A stretch of DNA of 64,000 bases from Octopus vulgaris (lineage: Eukaryota), in NCBI GenBank assembly GCA_951406725.2, contig OX597814.1, positions 117,490,001 to 117,554,000 of the forward strand, written 5' to 3'. Positions 10,769 to 23,282 of this stretch are shown here, in pieces (the first letter of the stretch is position 1; each line of letters starts with the position of its first letter). The notes beneath the pieces are model-generated. The model saw only the letters and a list, made by a program, of their open reading frames with translations, was not told the origin of the DNA and did not search any database. The translations under genes were made by a program, and so were the position numbers.

Positions 10769-13254
10769 TTCCCCTCAAGCTTATAATGTTTATAGTTGTA
10801 GCATAAGCTTGTAGCTGAATACAGATTGAGTATAGCGAGAAATTCTTCCAATTTGAATAGGTTAATGCCAAGCTTAGCTATTCTTCAGTTTCGTGATTGG
10901 ATGCCTGTTTGGGCAAATTTTCCTGGATTTGAAAACTAATTCACATAGCAAAGATTGACTGAGCTGTATTATAGTAAAAGTATTTAGATACGATGAATGC
11001 TCTTAATATTCCCTTTTCAACAATCACTGTGTCTTCAAGTCAATATTTTCCATTTGCATGTTACCAAGCAATTTTCAGGTTTGTTTTGTTCACTATAGGA
11101 ATGAGTTTTTAAATGCAAGCATTCATTCTTTAGCAAGATCACGAAACATCAACAAGATTTACGTAAAGTGAGTAATTCTAAATACGTTGGTGGGTTCTAC
11201 TAAAGTAACGGGAAACAGAAAATTCTCAGAATGGGCGTTTGAATTGCCATTTCATTTTATAAACAGCGCAATAATTCTTCAGAGATTCTCATAAATGCTT
11301 GCTTTTCGAAGTGCAATGCAGTATATTTCCGTATGAATTTCGTATACTAATAATTGGCTTCCTACCGGAACATTTCTGCTGTAATTTAATCAACTCTTAA
11401 ACAAGTCAATCAAACGCTTCTTTCATTGCAAATTTTATTTATATTATTTTTATGAAATATATATTTTCTTCTGTAGAATTATTTCGTTTTATCAACTGCG
11501 AAATTTTTCCGTATTGCAGACATGTTATTTAAATATTTTAGCATACAGTTGTATTTTCTATGATAGTATCTATTAAGATCGTATCTAATATTGTGAGTGC
11601 ATCGACCTCGGAAACAATGCATCTTCCGATAATTATTAGTTCCTTTCATATATGTTCATTCAATTCCTGTCTACTATCTCATTCTATATTGTTCTTTTTT
11701 CTTTTTCCTTTACTAATCTTTCTTCTATAGTCACACACAATGTAAAACTGCGACTTAATTATCGAAGGAAATGGATTCTCCTACTGATCTTCGCAAGGGA
11801 CGAAGTACAATTCCAAAGCGTACTTGTGAACTATGTAAATCAAGTAAACATACAAAGACTGAAGCCAGCTGCAGCCTCAGCTATAATGGCGTATCAAGCG
11901 TGCATGGAAATAGTTGTGGATATGTGTTTAAGGCACCATTTCTAATTTTTCTGTGCGCCATTTCTACCAGCGCTGTTACAGGTTTCCAGTCTTTTCTCTA
12001 CGTAATTCCAAATAATGTAGTCTATAGTCGTTAAGAAAGAAACTATAAATAAATTTCTCTAGAAATGTTCACAGTATCGAATGTGATGACTGCTTCACTG
12101 ATAAACATTGATTAATATATTTCTCCCTTAGTTTTTTTGTCGCCTTTACGATAATAACTGATGTATGAATCTATACAAACAAATATATACATATATAGAT
12201 ATATAAATATACGATATCAGGCACACACAGAAACACACATACACACAAAGGCACACTCTCACACATATTTTAATTAAAATAATGCATAAGGCTGTCACAT
12301 AATCCATATACCACATACTTCGAAGTATTTTCTTTCTCACAGGCTCAAAGATATCATGTTTTTTTCTGAACATCAATTAAACCAGTAGAACATCTCGACA
12401 TTCGTGTAGATATCCATCATCAAGTTATTATTATATTCATCACATGTCTGGGTAAATCATCATTTATATATTATATACAGTATCTGATAAATAAATGTAT
12501 ATTCAATGATTAATACAGAAAAAGGTAACTGGAAAAAATACAAGCAAAAAAACTTAACCTATGCATTTACATAAATGCCTAGTGAGATGAACTAGATTTT
12601 ATGCAACGCATTTTCCTGAAAGGCCGCAAGGACTCGAGACTGAAAATACATACTAATTTCCATTGTTTCTTTTTTCTGTTTAATGCTTTCTTTTACCAAA
12701 GAAAATATAATTCGGCATGTTTTTACTTTTTCGAACGTTTTTATTTAAAAATTATTCTAGCACAACACGCAAGAGATTCTAGCTTTTCCTATCCCTAGAT
12801 TAAATATTTTGCCTCGAGATAAAACAGTAGTTTCATCTCTATGTTGAAAACATAAAAACGTTCTTATAAAGATTACGTAATGCAAAGACTCTATGTATAT
12901 ACTATATTCGAACAATTCACGTGCTACAAACTTCGTACCAACACAACCAAGTATATTTAAGATTTTTTGTTTCCTAGAGAAATACATATTTTTCAGATAA
13001 TATATTCGAACTAAGATAAAGCCATACGTTTAAATATTCCTGTACATATTTGTTTATACAGTTCTACTGACTACATCCGCATGTACACATGAAGTGGAGC
13101 TGTTTGAAGTAGTTTGAGTTAATCACTATATTATAAAGAACTCAGTTTGTTAAAGACACCTAAATATTTGCTTAATGAAGGTTTCCACTAGGAAAAAAAT
13201 ATATGTAAAGCATTTTATTATGTAACATTCTAAATAATTTGTATCGTATATATA

Positions 13255-13267
13255 TTATTATATATCC

Positions 13268-13298
<31 letters not shown>

Positions 13299-13386
13299 AC
13301 ATACACACACACATATATATATATACATATGCACACACACACATATAGATATATATATATATTATACACACACCCCCACACACACA

Positions 13387-13440
<54 letters not shown>

Positions 13441-13668
13441 CATATATACTTACTTGGAAACGGATGCGTGGATTTCGCTCAAATAATAGTATAAAAATAT
13501 ATAAATATATGCATATATGCATATATGGATATACTTACATATATATGTATATATACATGCATCTAGGAGTACAGGTCATAAAAAACTTTGAACACAATGA
13601 GAAACGAAAATATAAACCAAAGACAGAACTCGAACATCTTTTCGAACAACGAAAAAAAACATATATGC

Positions 13669-13733
<65 letters not shown>

Positions 13734-13741
13734 TATATGTA

Positions 13742-13799
<58 letters not shown>

Positions 13800-13855
13800 G
13801 AGAGAGAGATAGACAGAGACAGAGACAGACGGATTGATAGATAGATAGATTGATA
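13255..13855. repeat. (TA)n/(CA)n/(AGAT)n cluster with two short pieces of the repeat at 50569-51295
   Basis: 13448-13487 matches 51252-51290. 13566-13660 matches 50569-50668. Confidence 0.7.
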
Positions 13856-14994
13856 TGCACAAGAGTTACGGAATGGAGTTGTAAAAATCCAGGCTACATA
13901 TGTTTCATACTCTTAAGGCCAAGGATATTTAGATAAGATTAAAGGCTACGTTTTCGCAAAGCGGTACATGTTGACGCAGAAAGAATTCAATCAGAGTGTG
14001 AGGAAGGCACAGTATGTGAGGGCTATATAAATGTGGGGATTAATAAGTATTAGAAGAGGGGTAGAAAGAAGAGAAATAAATAAATAAATACATAAAATAT
14101 ACTATAGGGGACAGAGTGAAAGGAGGAATTGGGCTGTTCAATATTAGATTATACAGTAGTTTAGCATAATCACAGAATTTAACAATCGTATTGGCATTTG
14201 AAGATAAGATAAGTTGGATGGGAGTGGGTGAAGAAATATTTTTAGTCATGGGGAAAAAAGGGAATTGTTTGTGAATAAAGCAAAATAGCATGGCTAGTGG
14301 TTGTTTGTAGTCGAGGGTTTTCTATGGCCGCGGGGCATAAATTGGTGCCAAAATATATTTATGAAATGGTGGAGGTTTATTTTGGGATATGTATTTGTGA
14401 ATTTATGAGTGGGTTAGGAGGGTGAGCAGAACCATAAAGAGAGAAGAATGTTTTATGTAGTAAGTAAAAATAAGGGGAGAAAATTATAATTGAAGATCAA
14501 GGAGTTAAAAGGGGAAAATAGTTTTGCTTTATAGAAAGTGGTAATGAGAGTGAGTTAGGAAAAAATATGTATGAGAGGGGAAGACAATAGCAGGGTGGGG
14601 TTGTAATCATTTGTATATTGAGAATAGATTTCGTACCTGTTGAATATTACATTGCTTCGTTCATTGAGACCGTCCGTGGATTTCAAAATCGCTAAAGAGG
14701 ACGCAGGTGTGTGGCGAAAGGTTTGCAGACAATTGACATGAAATAACAATACTAAAGAAAGGAAGAACGAATTTATAGTGTATGTGTTTATTTGACAAGA
14801 CAAAAATAACCCTTCCAAATTATAAAAATGTTTGTTTCGACATAATTTCACATGAAGAATCTTAGAAAATAAATACATAAGCGTATATATATATATGTAT
14901 GTATGTTTATATATGAATGAGTGAGCGTGTTTATTTATGCGTGCGTCTGTTTCAGTGGGTGTATATATACGTGTGGGTATGTGTGCTTTTATTA

Positions 14995-15146
14995 GGCGCA
15001 AGTGTGGCGGTGAGAAATTTCTTTCTCAAGACAAGCTCCCGGTTTCAGTCTCAGTAATTGACACCTTGAGCAAGTGTCTTTTATTATAGATAACCAAGAC
15101 CCCATTAGTATATTCAGTAGACAGTAATGCAAAGAAACCCAACGTA
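14995..15146 (+). mobile_element. SINE family A, decayed 5' half
   Basis: GGCGCAAGTGTGGC...CCTTGAGCAAGTGTCTTTTATTATAG. Confidence 0.6.
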
Positions 15147-15159
15147 TATATATATATAT

Positions 15160-15780
15160 ATAATAATGTATTTATTCTCCGACTTGAAGCGACAATTTTT
15201 TAAAATATAAACATGTGATGAACTAACCACAGGCAGAATCGAACTCAAAAATCGATGCTTTCATGTGTCCTTGCGAATCTGATTAGTCAATCGCTCGCCC
15301 ATCGATTTCAGTTAAATTTAGTTAATATATACTTAAACCCTCTTGATACTACATCAATAATATTTATATATACAAATCCGAAAGGTTTTACGACTTACAG
15401 AGAGAAAGCTACTATGGAATGCTCACAATATGATAACTGTATACTTACTGTATAATACATATCATAATGATATTTATATATCAGAATTATATCCATTTAT
15501 GTATTATCAAGACATTTTAAGTATATATTAACTAAAATTGACAGAGATTGACGCGTAAGCGTTTCGCCAATCAGATTCGCAAGCATCAATTTAAGTGTCA
15601 ATTTGTGAGTTCGATTCTCCCTGAGGTTAGCATCAATTTCCAGTCATTTGTTTATATTTTTAAAAAATTGTTGCTTCAAATCGGAGAAGAAATATCATTA
15701 TGATGTATATTATACATAGTTATACTATGAAACTTCCATAGCAGCTTTCTCTGCGTAAATCGGAAAGTCTTTCGAGTTTA
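15160..15780. repeat. Permuted inverted duplication (X-Y followed by rcX-rcY)
   Basis: 15172-15355 vs 15497-15692 and 15378-15476 vs 15690-15776 are diverged reverse complements. Confidence 0.7.
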
Positions 15781-15801
15781 TTAAAAAAAATATCATTTAC
15801 G

Positions 15802-15833
<32 letters not shown>

Positions 15834-15838
<5 letters not shown>

Positions 15839-16031
15839 TAATCCAAACATGAAAACACAACAACGCGAGGACGTGGAACAAATATAGTATTATTGGACGC
15901 TCAGAAAGGAAGGGAAAAAGGAGGGCTTTACGTTTCGAGCGGATATCTTCGTCAGAAACATAGGAAAAGGAAAGATCCAGAGAAGGGAAGACGGAGGAAA
16001 AAAAAATCGCCAACGGTACACACGCGGTCAC
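15834..16031 (-). mobile_element. Penelope pLTR-like repeat with a decayed minimal hammerhead (15926-15958)
   Basis: Paralogous to 52434-52625. Minus strand TTT-CTGACGA-A-GATATCCGCTC-GAAA-CG-TA-AA. Abuts (TA)n. Confidence 0.65.
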
Positions 16032-16549
16032 ATTTTGAATGACCGGAGGAAATGGGTGAAGAAAAGTTCTTTCAAAGACAGGAGAGTGCAAGAGGTGGTA
16101 TGTGTGTGTAAGTGTGGATATGTGCCTGGGCGAAGGTCTGCGTGTGCATGTGTGTGTATGTGTATGTGATCAATGATAACAAGTGTGTGTATGTGTGGTT
16201 GTGGCTGTAAATCTATGTGTGTTGTAGGGCTTAGTATTGCTTAAGGTCAAGGAAGAAGGAATTAGGAGTGGCTCTTCTGTCTACCCATGGTCAGTGGGAG
16301 GTAACAAGACGAAATACGAAAGATTGAAGAATAAAATCGTTGGCTGTTAAAAGCTTGAGATCGAAAATAACCACGACGCTGTACGAAGTGTGAGCATTTT
16401 GTAAGTTATGACATGTGGTATAATTGTATGCGAATGGAATTTAAAAAAAAACCTATAAATGAAGTTAGTAAATATAATGTAAAAATGTTGAGAGGCAGCA
16501 AAAATCGCATTAAGAAATATAATTGCATTTATTAAAATAATAAAACTGG

Positions 16550-17238
16550 AAATACAATATTATTAACATCATCAACGTAACAAATCTGTAATATGCTATT
16601 CTGTTTGTGAGCGTATATTTTGAAGTTATGGCAATTATGTAAAGAAAGACAATGTAAAAATGCAAACCAACCTAGTGCAAGGTATTTGGAAATGAAGTCT
16701 ATGAAGGATCACAAAAATGATAATTTAGATGTTAAAGTAGCAAACAGAAATTATTTCGATTCTGTTAAATAAATTCATAGATACACTGTAAGTAGGTACA
16801 ACATAATATTAATAAAATGTTTAAAGAGATAATTTTGCAATGTATTGTATAGAAAATATAAGAAAATAGCAGAGGAACACAGGATAAGACTCACATATTA
16901 TAATCTATAAGATGAGATCATTTTAATCCCTGCGCTCTGTAGATAAAAGCAACAATAACAACAAAATCAACATCATAATCGACAACACCATCAACAATAA
17001 AATCAACAACAACAACAGAAACTACAATAATAAAAATCATGCCTGCTATTAACCGGTTCTGCTGGAAAAGAAACCAGAATGGAAGCGGTTTTAACTGTTG
17101 TAGAAGAGCGTGTACACCTGGAAAGAAAAAGCTACTAGAATATTTGCAGGTCAGCGCAGATAAATTTGTAAAGGCAATGAATAAAGAAAAAGTGAACAAA
17201 TATGGAATAAGAGAAAAGGACAAGCATGAAAATGAAAG

Positions 17239-17310
<72 letters not shown>

Positions 17311-19400
17311 CATATTAAATAGATTGATGAAAAACCATTGCTAGTCAGTTTTGTAAAGCCACTGAGAATGTATGTTAAAAATGTGTAATTTAATAGAAGA
17401 AACGAAGATCCTTATTGTAGCAGCTCAAACTAAAGATTTTGAAAAGAAACAACATGAGAAAGTATGTGTATGGAGGAAAACGTGTCAGTAAAATGTAGTG
17501 TATGCAGAATTTGGGATGAAGAAATGGCATATATTCTCACAGAATAATCGAAGTTGGCTCAAGCAGATTATAATTATAAGAAACGTACTTATGACGAAGT
17601 TTACAAACTTTTACTCTGAAAACTTTGTCTGAAATGGGTGATTGCAGGTTGAAGCTGAAAGTACTTGATATAATCGTCGGATAGAAAGAATACTTGTGTT
17701 GGAAAAATGCAAGATTTTATAGGATTTTCCAATTCGAACTGATGAGACGATAGAAAATGATAAGAAATATCTAAAAGTAGGCAGGGAAAAGCGAATTTGC
17801 TTAGTGATTGATCCATCATGTCTGTTTGAATTGTGAAGAAATAAGTGGAACAACTATCAGGTCGAGTAAAATGCAAACGACATTTTGAACCTTGACAAAA
17901 TAGTATCGGATTTTTGCAGTTTTGAATTAGAAGAAAAAAATGTTTTGAAATTGTCTGATAATACAGACATGGACTTGCCCAAATGCATCAGTAAATTAAC
18001 ATTGATATTTTTTTCACCGTTGTTACGATCATCTGGAATGGACCTGTCTAATTGCGATATTCGAGCAATTTTGCTATATAACTTAAAAAAAAAGGACGTA
18101 ATGGAGCTGAAGCTGCTGAGGATATTCAACGAAACTTTTGGTGAGGAAATTAACTGTGAGTGGCCAGCTCAAAAATGGTTTAAACGATTTCGCATTGAAG
18201 ACCTGAACGTTGGTGGTGGTGAGCGTAATAGACGCCCATCTGTCATCGATGACGGTCAATTAAAGACCACCATTGAGAAGGATCCACGTAAACCCTCTCT
18301 AGAACTGGCAGAACAACTTCATGTTGGCCAGAAAACTGCCAGCAACTATTTGTATGCGATCGGGAAATCAAAAAATCATGCCAAATGAGTGCCACACGTT
18401 TTCAATGAAAATCAGAAAATGCGCAGATATAAAATTTGCTCGTCGCTTCTCCTCCGTAACCAGACCGATCTAATTCTCGACCATATAGTAACTTGCGATG
18501 AAAAGTGGATTCTGTGCAATAGTGAAAATCGTTCTTCACAGTAATTTGGACCAAAATGAAACACCGGAAAGCTTCCCTACACCTGAGCTCTTCAAAAAGA
18601 ATGCTATGGTGAATGTTAGGTGGTGTACTGCTGAACCTATGCACTATAACTTCTTAAACCCTGAATAAAACCATTACAGAAGAAACATATTCCCATGAAA
18701 TTTCCAAAATGAATGAAATGCTGCTACTCCTCCGTCCCAAACTAGCCAACAGAAGAGGGCCAATTATTATTCATGACAATGCTCGACCACCCGTTTCAAT
18801 AACGACGCTCCAGAAGTTGAGTGAACTTGCCCAAAATGTTCCTCTCCACCCAGATTATTCCCCATACCTTTCTCCAACCGACTATCATTTTTTGAAGCAC
18901 CTTGATGGTTTCCTGCGTGAGGAGTTCAAAAATCAAACCGATACTGAAAGTGCGTTCAAAAAGGCCATCAACTTCTAAACAAACTTGTAACTCCTTGGCA
19001 AAAAGGTACTGATTGTTTTGGTACTTACTTTGATGAATAAACTTTCAGCGTTGATAAAATATATAACTTCATGTTTCAAAAAGTTGCTTACTTTTAACTC
19101 AGCCCGATAAGAGTATACACTCCCTTAAAATTTGAGTTTGCGAGAATTTGAAATATGGAAACTGTAAATGTTCTAACTGCAGTAAATGGAGCATGAGGGC
19201 ATATTAAAGAAAAGGACAAATGGATGAAGAAGATTGGAATGCAATCTCCTGCAAGATTCATAAAATGTTTACCTATTAGGAACAGAGAATCAGAACAATT
19301 TTGAGTACTTAAAAGATTATTGAAAGTTTGCGGATATCTAGGGTTACCGGTAACCCACTAACAACTTCACTTCTGCCAAGAAGTCAGGTAAAAAAATAAT
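16550..19400 (+). mobile_element. Heavily decayed R4/Dong-type (RLE) LINE, split by a mariner insertion
   Basis: Fragments RFCWKRNQNGSG (17050), LIVAAQ (17410), CSVCR, KLAQADY, IL*DFPIRTDETI (17710-17755). After the mariner: FARI*NMETVNVLTAVNGA*G and LLGT. Confidence 0.6.
17857..19107 (+). mobile_element. mariner (DD34D) transposon relic
   Basis: TA-flanked diverged TIRs (TCAGGTCGAGTAAAA / TTTTAACTCAGCCCGA). HTH region IRAILLYN...WFKRFR, VTCDEKW, and HDNARP...YSPYLSPTDYHF with 34-residue spacing. Stops and frameshifts present. Confidence 0.9.
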
Positions 19401-19449
19401 AATTATAGTAACAATATGTTTTCCTGTTTTCCTGCCCGGGGTCGTTAAT

Positions 19450-21245
19450 TCATTATTATTTTCATTTACACTCAACAGGTTAGACTGTTGCAAAAGAAAA
19501 AATCCTAACAGCAAGTAATCTCAGATGCCAAGAACCCTCCTACGTGACCCATTCTCATGACTACTATTGCGCACTTATCTATGCCACATTTTCATGCCTG
19601 TATTTTTGTTGAAGATTCTTAGAGTCTGCATTAAGGAATCTACCTCTTTTTTATTCTTACTGAAAAGGTTCAGATCATCCATGTAGAACAAAGGGTTAAT
19701 TTTCCCCTTACTATTTCTGAACAGAAACCCTATCACCTCCTTCCTTAATACTAACCTATGAGGGATCAAGCATAAAACAAATATTAAAAGGGACAACGAG
19801 TCCCTTGAAAATTTCTCTTTTGATATTAACTTTCCCAGACTGTGTCACCTGAGTGTAGATCTACTTTCCATATCTTCATGCTACATCTAATTAATTATCT
19901 TATGTTGTCTGCTTTACTGAACAGACTCTCATGAAAACTATTAAATTTCTTTAGCCAGTAATCTTGAACTAAATCTGATCCTGGGTCCCACCAGTTCAGC
20001 ATTTTCCCGTAGACTTTACTCATTAATGCACTAGTTAATCTTCGATCTGGCTGCTTCTCACTCATTACTTATTTCCTAACGTGCTTTAACCATACTGCAT
20101 CTCCATTATGTTTGACTGGCTTAACCCAAATATTACTCCAGAACCTTCTAGCTCCTTCTACATTTAGTACTTTGTTCTCCACTATTTATTTGGTTATAAA
20201 ATCTCCTGTGATCAGTCTCAAATAATCTACTCCGTTGATCCTGATCTATACTTTTCTGATAGCCGGAGATTTTGCAAGATACTGATATGATATGCTGTTT
20301 CAATTCTTCTATTACTGTCGGAAATCCTTTGTCTTTGACTAACTATCTTTTCTCGGGGGAAGATCTGCAATTTATGTTCTCTAACTAGTTCAGTTTCCAG
20401 GCTTCTATTCTGTCATATCTTGTCTTAAAAATCTTCACTTATTTTTGTCGACACCTTCTCCACATTTGTTATTTTTCAATCGTTCCCTGTGAAATATCTA
20501 ATCCTCTGGTGACTACTACCCCTCATGCATAGATCAGTGAATCAATGTCTCTTATATCGTTAATATTTCTCCTCCTGATAACAGAATCTATTTTCCTGGT
20601 CATAACAAGCGGTTTCCTACTTTTGGCGCCTTTCATTGCTGGCAACATTCTTCTTACTGCTTTACTCATTACTTCCTGCAACTCAACAATAATCTCCTGA
20701 TCTTCCCTTTAATCACCTAACTCGCAGGTGCCAGTTGTCATTTCATTATTGGAAGTGCTATTATAATTAATTGTTCCTTTAGGTTATTCTTTGGTTTGAG
20801 CCGTATCTCATATATTGTTATTTGTGTTTCTTACAACATGGTATTTCTTTCCCAGTTCTCTCGTCATGTCTTCTACCTCCAATTCTGTCATCTAATTTCT
20901 TCTACTAATAGTATTAACAGGATCAACTAAATTCTGCTCATTCACTTTAAACATAACCATGTCTAACGAAAATATTAACATCCATCTATAGTCCCTTTTA
21001 AGTTCACTTTATAACTAGCACTGCATCAATACCCTTTTTTCCCCCTCTTGAGTCTATTAACTGCTGATGTTGTATTAGGATAGCAGTTGTGGTCAGTCTG
21101 CAATTTTACTGAACCGCTGACGAGCGAGAGGCCTTCTCTTCACTTTCGTTTCTACTCTACATTTTTTCTGAAAATCCTGTTTTGCATAAACTGAGGTAAG
21201 GTAACGTTGGTCAACATCGTAATCACCACTATTATTTTTCGCCAT
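19450..21245 (-). mobile_element. Decayed, internally deleted R4/Dong-type LINE
   Basis: GDSLSLLIFVLCLIP and LFYMDDLNLFSKN RT motifs (19575-19810). Upstream coding-like decay extends to ~21245, next to (TTC)n. Confidence 0.65.
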
Positions 21246-21309
21246 CTGTGAGTTTCTATTGCATCATTTCTTGAAATTTGCGCTGGTGGGCTGGTGCGTG
21301 CTGCATTTC

Positions 21310-21626
21310 ATTCTTCTTCTTCTTCTTCTTCTTCTTCTTCTTCTTCTTCTTCTTCTTCTTCTTCTTCTTCTTCTTCTTCTTCTTCTTCTTCTCCTCCTCC
21401 TCCTCCTTCTTCTTCTTCTTCTTCTTCTTCTTCATCATCTTCTTCTTCATCATCTTCTTCTTCATCATCTTCTTCTTCTTCTTCTTCTTCTTCTTCCTCT
21501 ATTTCTTCTTCTATTTCTTCTATCTTCTTCTTCTTCTTCTTCTTCTTCTTCTTCTTCTTCTTCTTCTTCTTCTTCTTCTTCTTCTTCTATATTCTTCTTC
21601 TTCTTCTATTTCTTCTTCTAATTCTT

Positions 21627-21657
<31 letters not shown>

Positions 21658-21716
21658 TTATTATTATTATTATTATTATTTTTACTATTATTATTATTAG
21701 TATTATCATTATTATT
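21310..21716. repeat. (TTC)n then (TTA)n microsatellite
   Basis: Directly visible. Confidence 0.95.
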
Positions 21717-21721
21717 CAGTA

Positions 21722-22380
21722 ATCTTATTTTTATAACGTGCCTTCATTGCACTGTCGAGCGCAGCTCTGCGTGTCTTAGGTAACTATATTGAAAGTGTTC
21801 TACGTAGAATGTATGCAGTGCCTAGTAGTACCATTTTCTGTATATAGGTCCTGGTGTTTTGTTATATATTTGTCTGAATATTTTTTATCATACCTAATGC
21901 GCCCACTATAATAGGAATTGTTCTGCTTTTAGACTCCACATTCGAGTTACGTCTGTTTAAAAGTCTTCGTATTTTGAAAGTTTCTCCAATTTTAGAGAAA
22001 CGTTGTCATCTATTGGTATTGATACATCAATTAGAATGAATATTCTTTCTTCATGGTCTCTGATAACTATATCTGGCCCATTGATTTTAATTTCTCTATC
22101 TGTGTGTATTGGCGTATCCCATATTATTGTTGCTTTCTCATATTCTGTGAACCTCTCTGGCGTGTGCCTATACAATCTTTTTTCTGTTGTAATTCTATTG
22201 TGATGTTATAGCTTCTGGATCACTTCGAGCCTGACAGCAGCTCCAATATTCTTAATATGTTTTTCAAAGCCCTTGGAAACTGATCCTAATGCTCCAATTA
22301 CCACCGGTATCACCATTACTTTCCTCATACCCCATAACTTTCGTGTCTCATCCCGCAGTAGCTGACATTTCTCTATCTTT
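21722..22380 (-). mobile_element. Two R4/Dong-type LINE 3' fragments (RLE endonuclease)
   Basis: IIWDTPIHTDREIKINGPDIVIRD...ILIDVSIP...KLSKY (21957-22175), and KIEK..LRDETRKLWGM...IPVVIGALG (22206-22378). Confidence 0.85.
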
Positions 22381-22784
22381 AGTGTAGAGGTGGTGGCTTT
22401 GACAATGGCATTTACCTTTGAAGTTATGCTGAGACATGATAATGCTAATGCTACTGATGAATACCTGCTTGAAAGACAGAAGGATAGACAAGAATCAAAA
22501 TTGTAGGAAGTCTTGCCTGAAGGGTTAATATTAAACAAGGAAATATTAAACAAGGAGTAATGAGAGGCAGAAACAAAAATGGAGCAGTGGTAACTGCCTA
22601 GCCTAGTTATGAGACAGGTAATCGTGATCAACAGAGATAATAAAGGAGTGAGGAAAATTGAATATGCGGGAGACAGCAAGCTTGTTGACCAGGATCAGGA
22701 GCGTTTCTTTGGTGACTATAGACAATTGACTCTTCGTTTGTTGTGGAAGTGATGGACCAGATGTAGGAGCAGTAAATACCCAGT

Positions 22785-23040
22785 AATAGACGTGAGATAT
22801 GCAGGGATATTGCATCCATAGATCCGCAATATCCCGGCATATCTCACGTCTATTTTCATTCCTCCACTTCACTCTCTGTTTCATACTTTATCTAAAATAA
22901 CTATTGCTTAATCACTTTCTTACACAGTCTCCGATGAAGCGATATATAAAATATCCAGGAAACAGCTGTAAGAACTTCTATTTATAAATGTTCTAAAATC
23001 TTTCACAGCATTTTAATGTTTATCTCATTCCGAAACTTAT
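22785..23040 (+). mobile_element. Fold-back hairpin plus hammerhead-like motif ending in (TA)n; pLTR-like
   Basis: Hairpin at 22785-22854. AGTCT-CCGATGA-AGC-GATAT(ataaa)ATATC-CAG-GAAA-CAGCTG-TA-AGA at 22926-22973. Confidence 0.5.
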
Positions 23041-23282
23041 ATATATATATATGTATATGAAAAAAATAAGTTTAAAAGAGAACAATGCAAGCTATTTCAG
23101 ATGTTGAAAAAGAGATAAAGAGCGATTTCTAATAAAGTTTCATAATATTTACAAAAAACAGCTAAAGCAATTAATAAGAACGGTAATAATAATAGTAAGA
23201 GAGACGAAAGGAGAAAATAAAAAATATACATATCAATGTGTATGCACGTCTATATGTGCGATAAACTATAACATAAAAATAT

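Noticed and set aside
13860-14750. Possible decayed Penelope ORF N-terminus on the minus strand
   Set aside because: Only compositional hints; no diagnostic motif.
17735-17760. CTGATGAGACGATAGAAA hammerhead-like string
   Set aside because: It encodes TDETIE of the RLE domain and lacks stems.
22450-22485. CTGATGA...GAAA string
   Set aside because: No stem II pairing and no NUH triplet with stem I.
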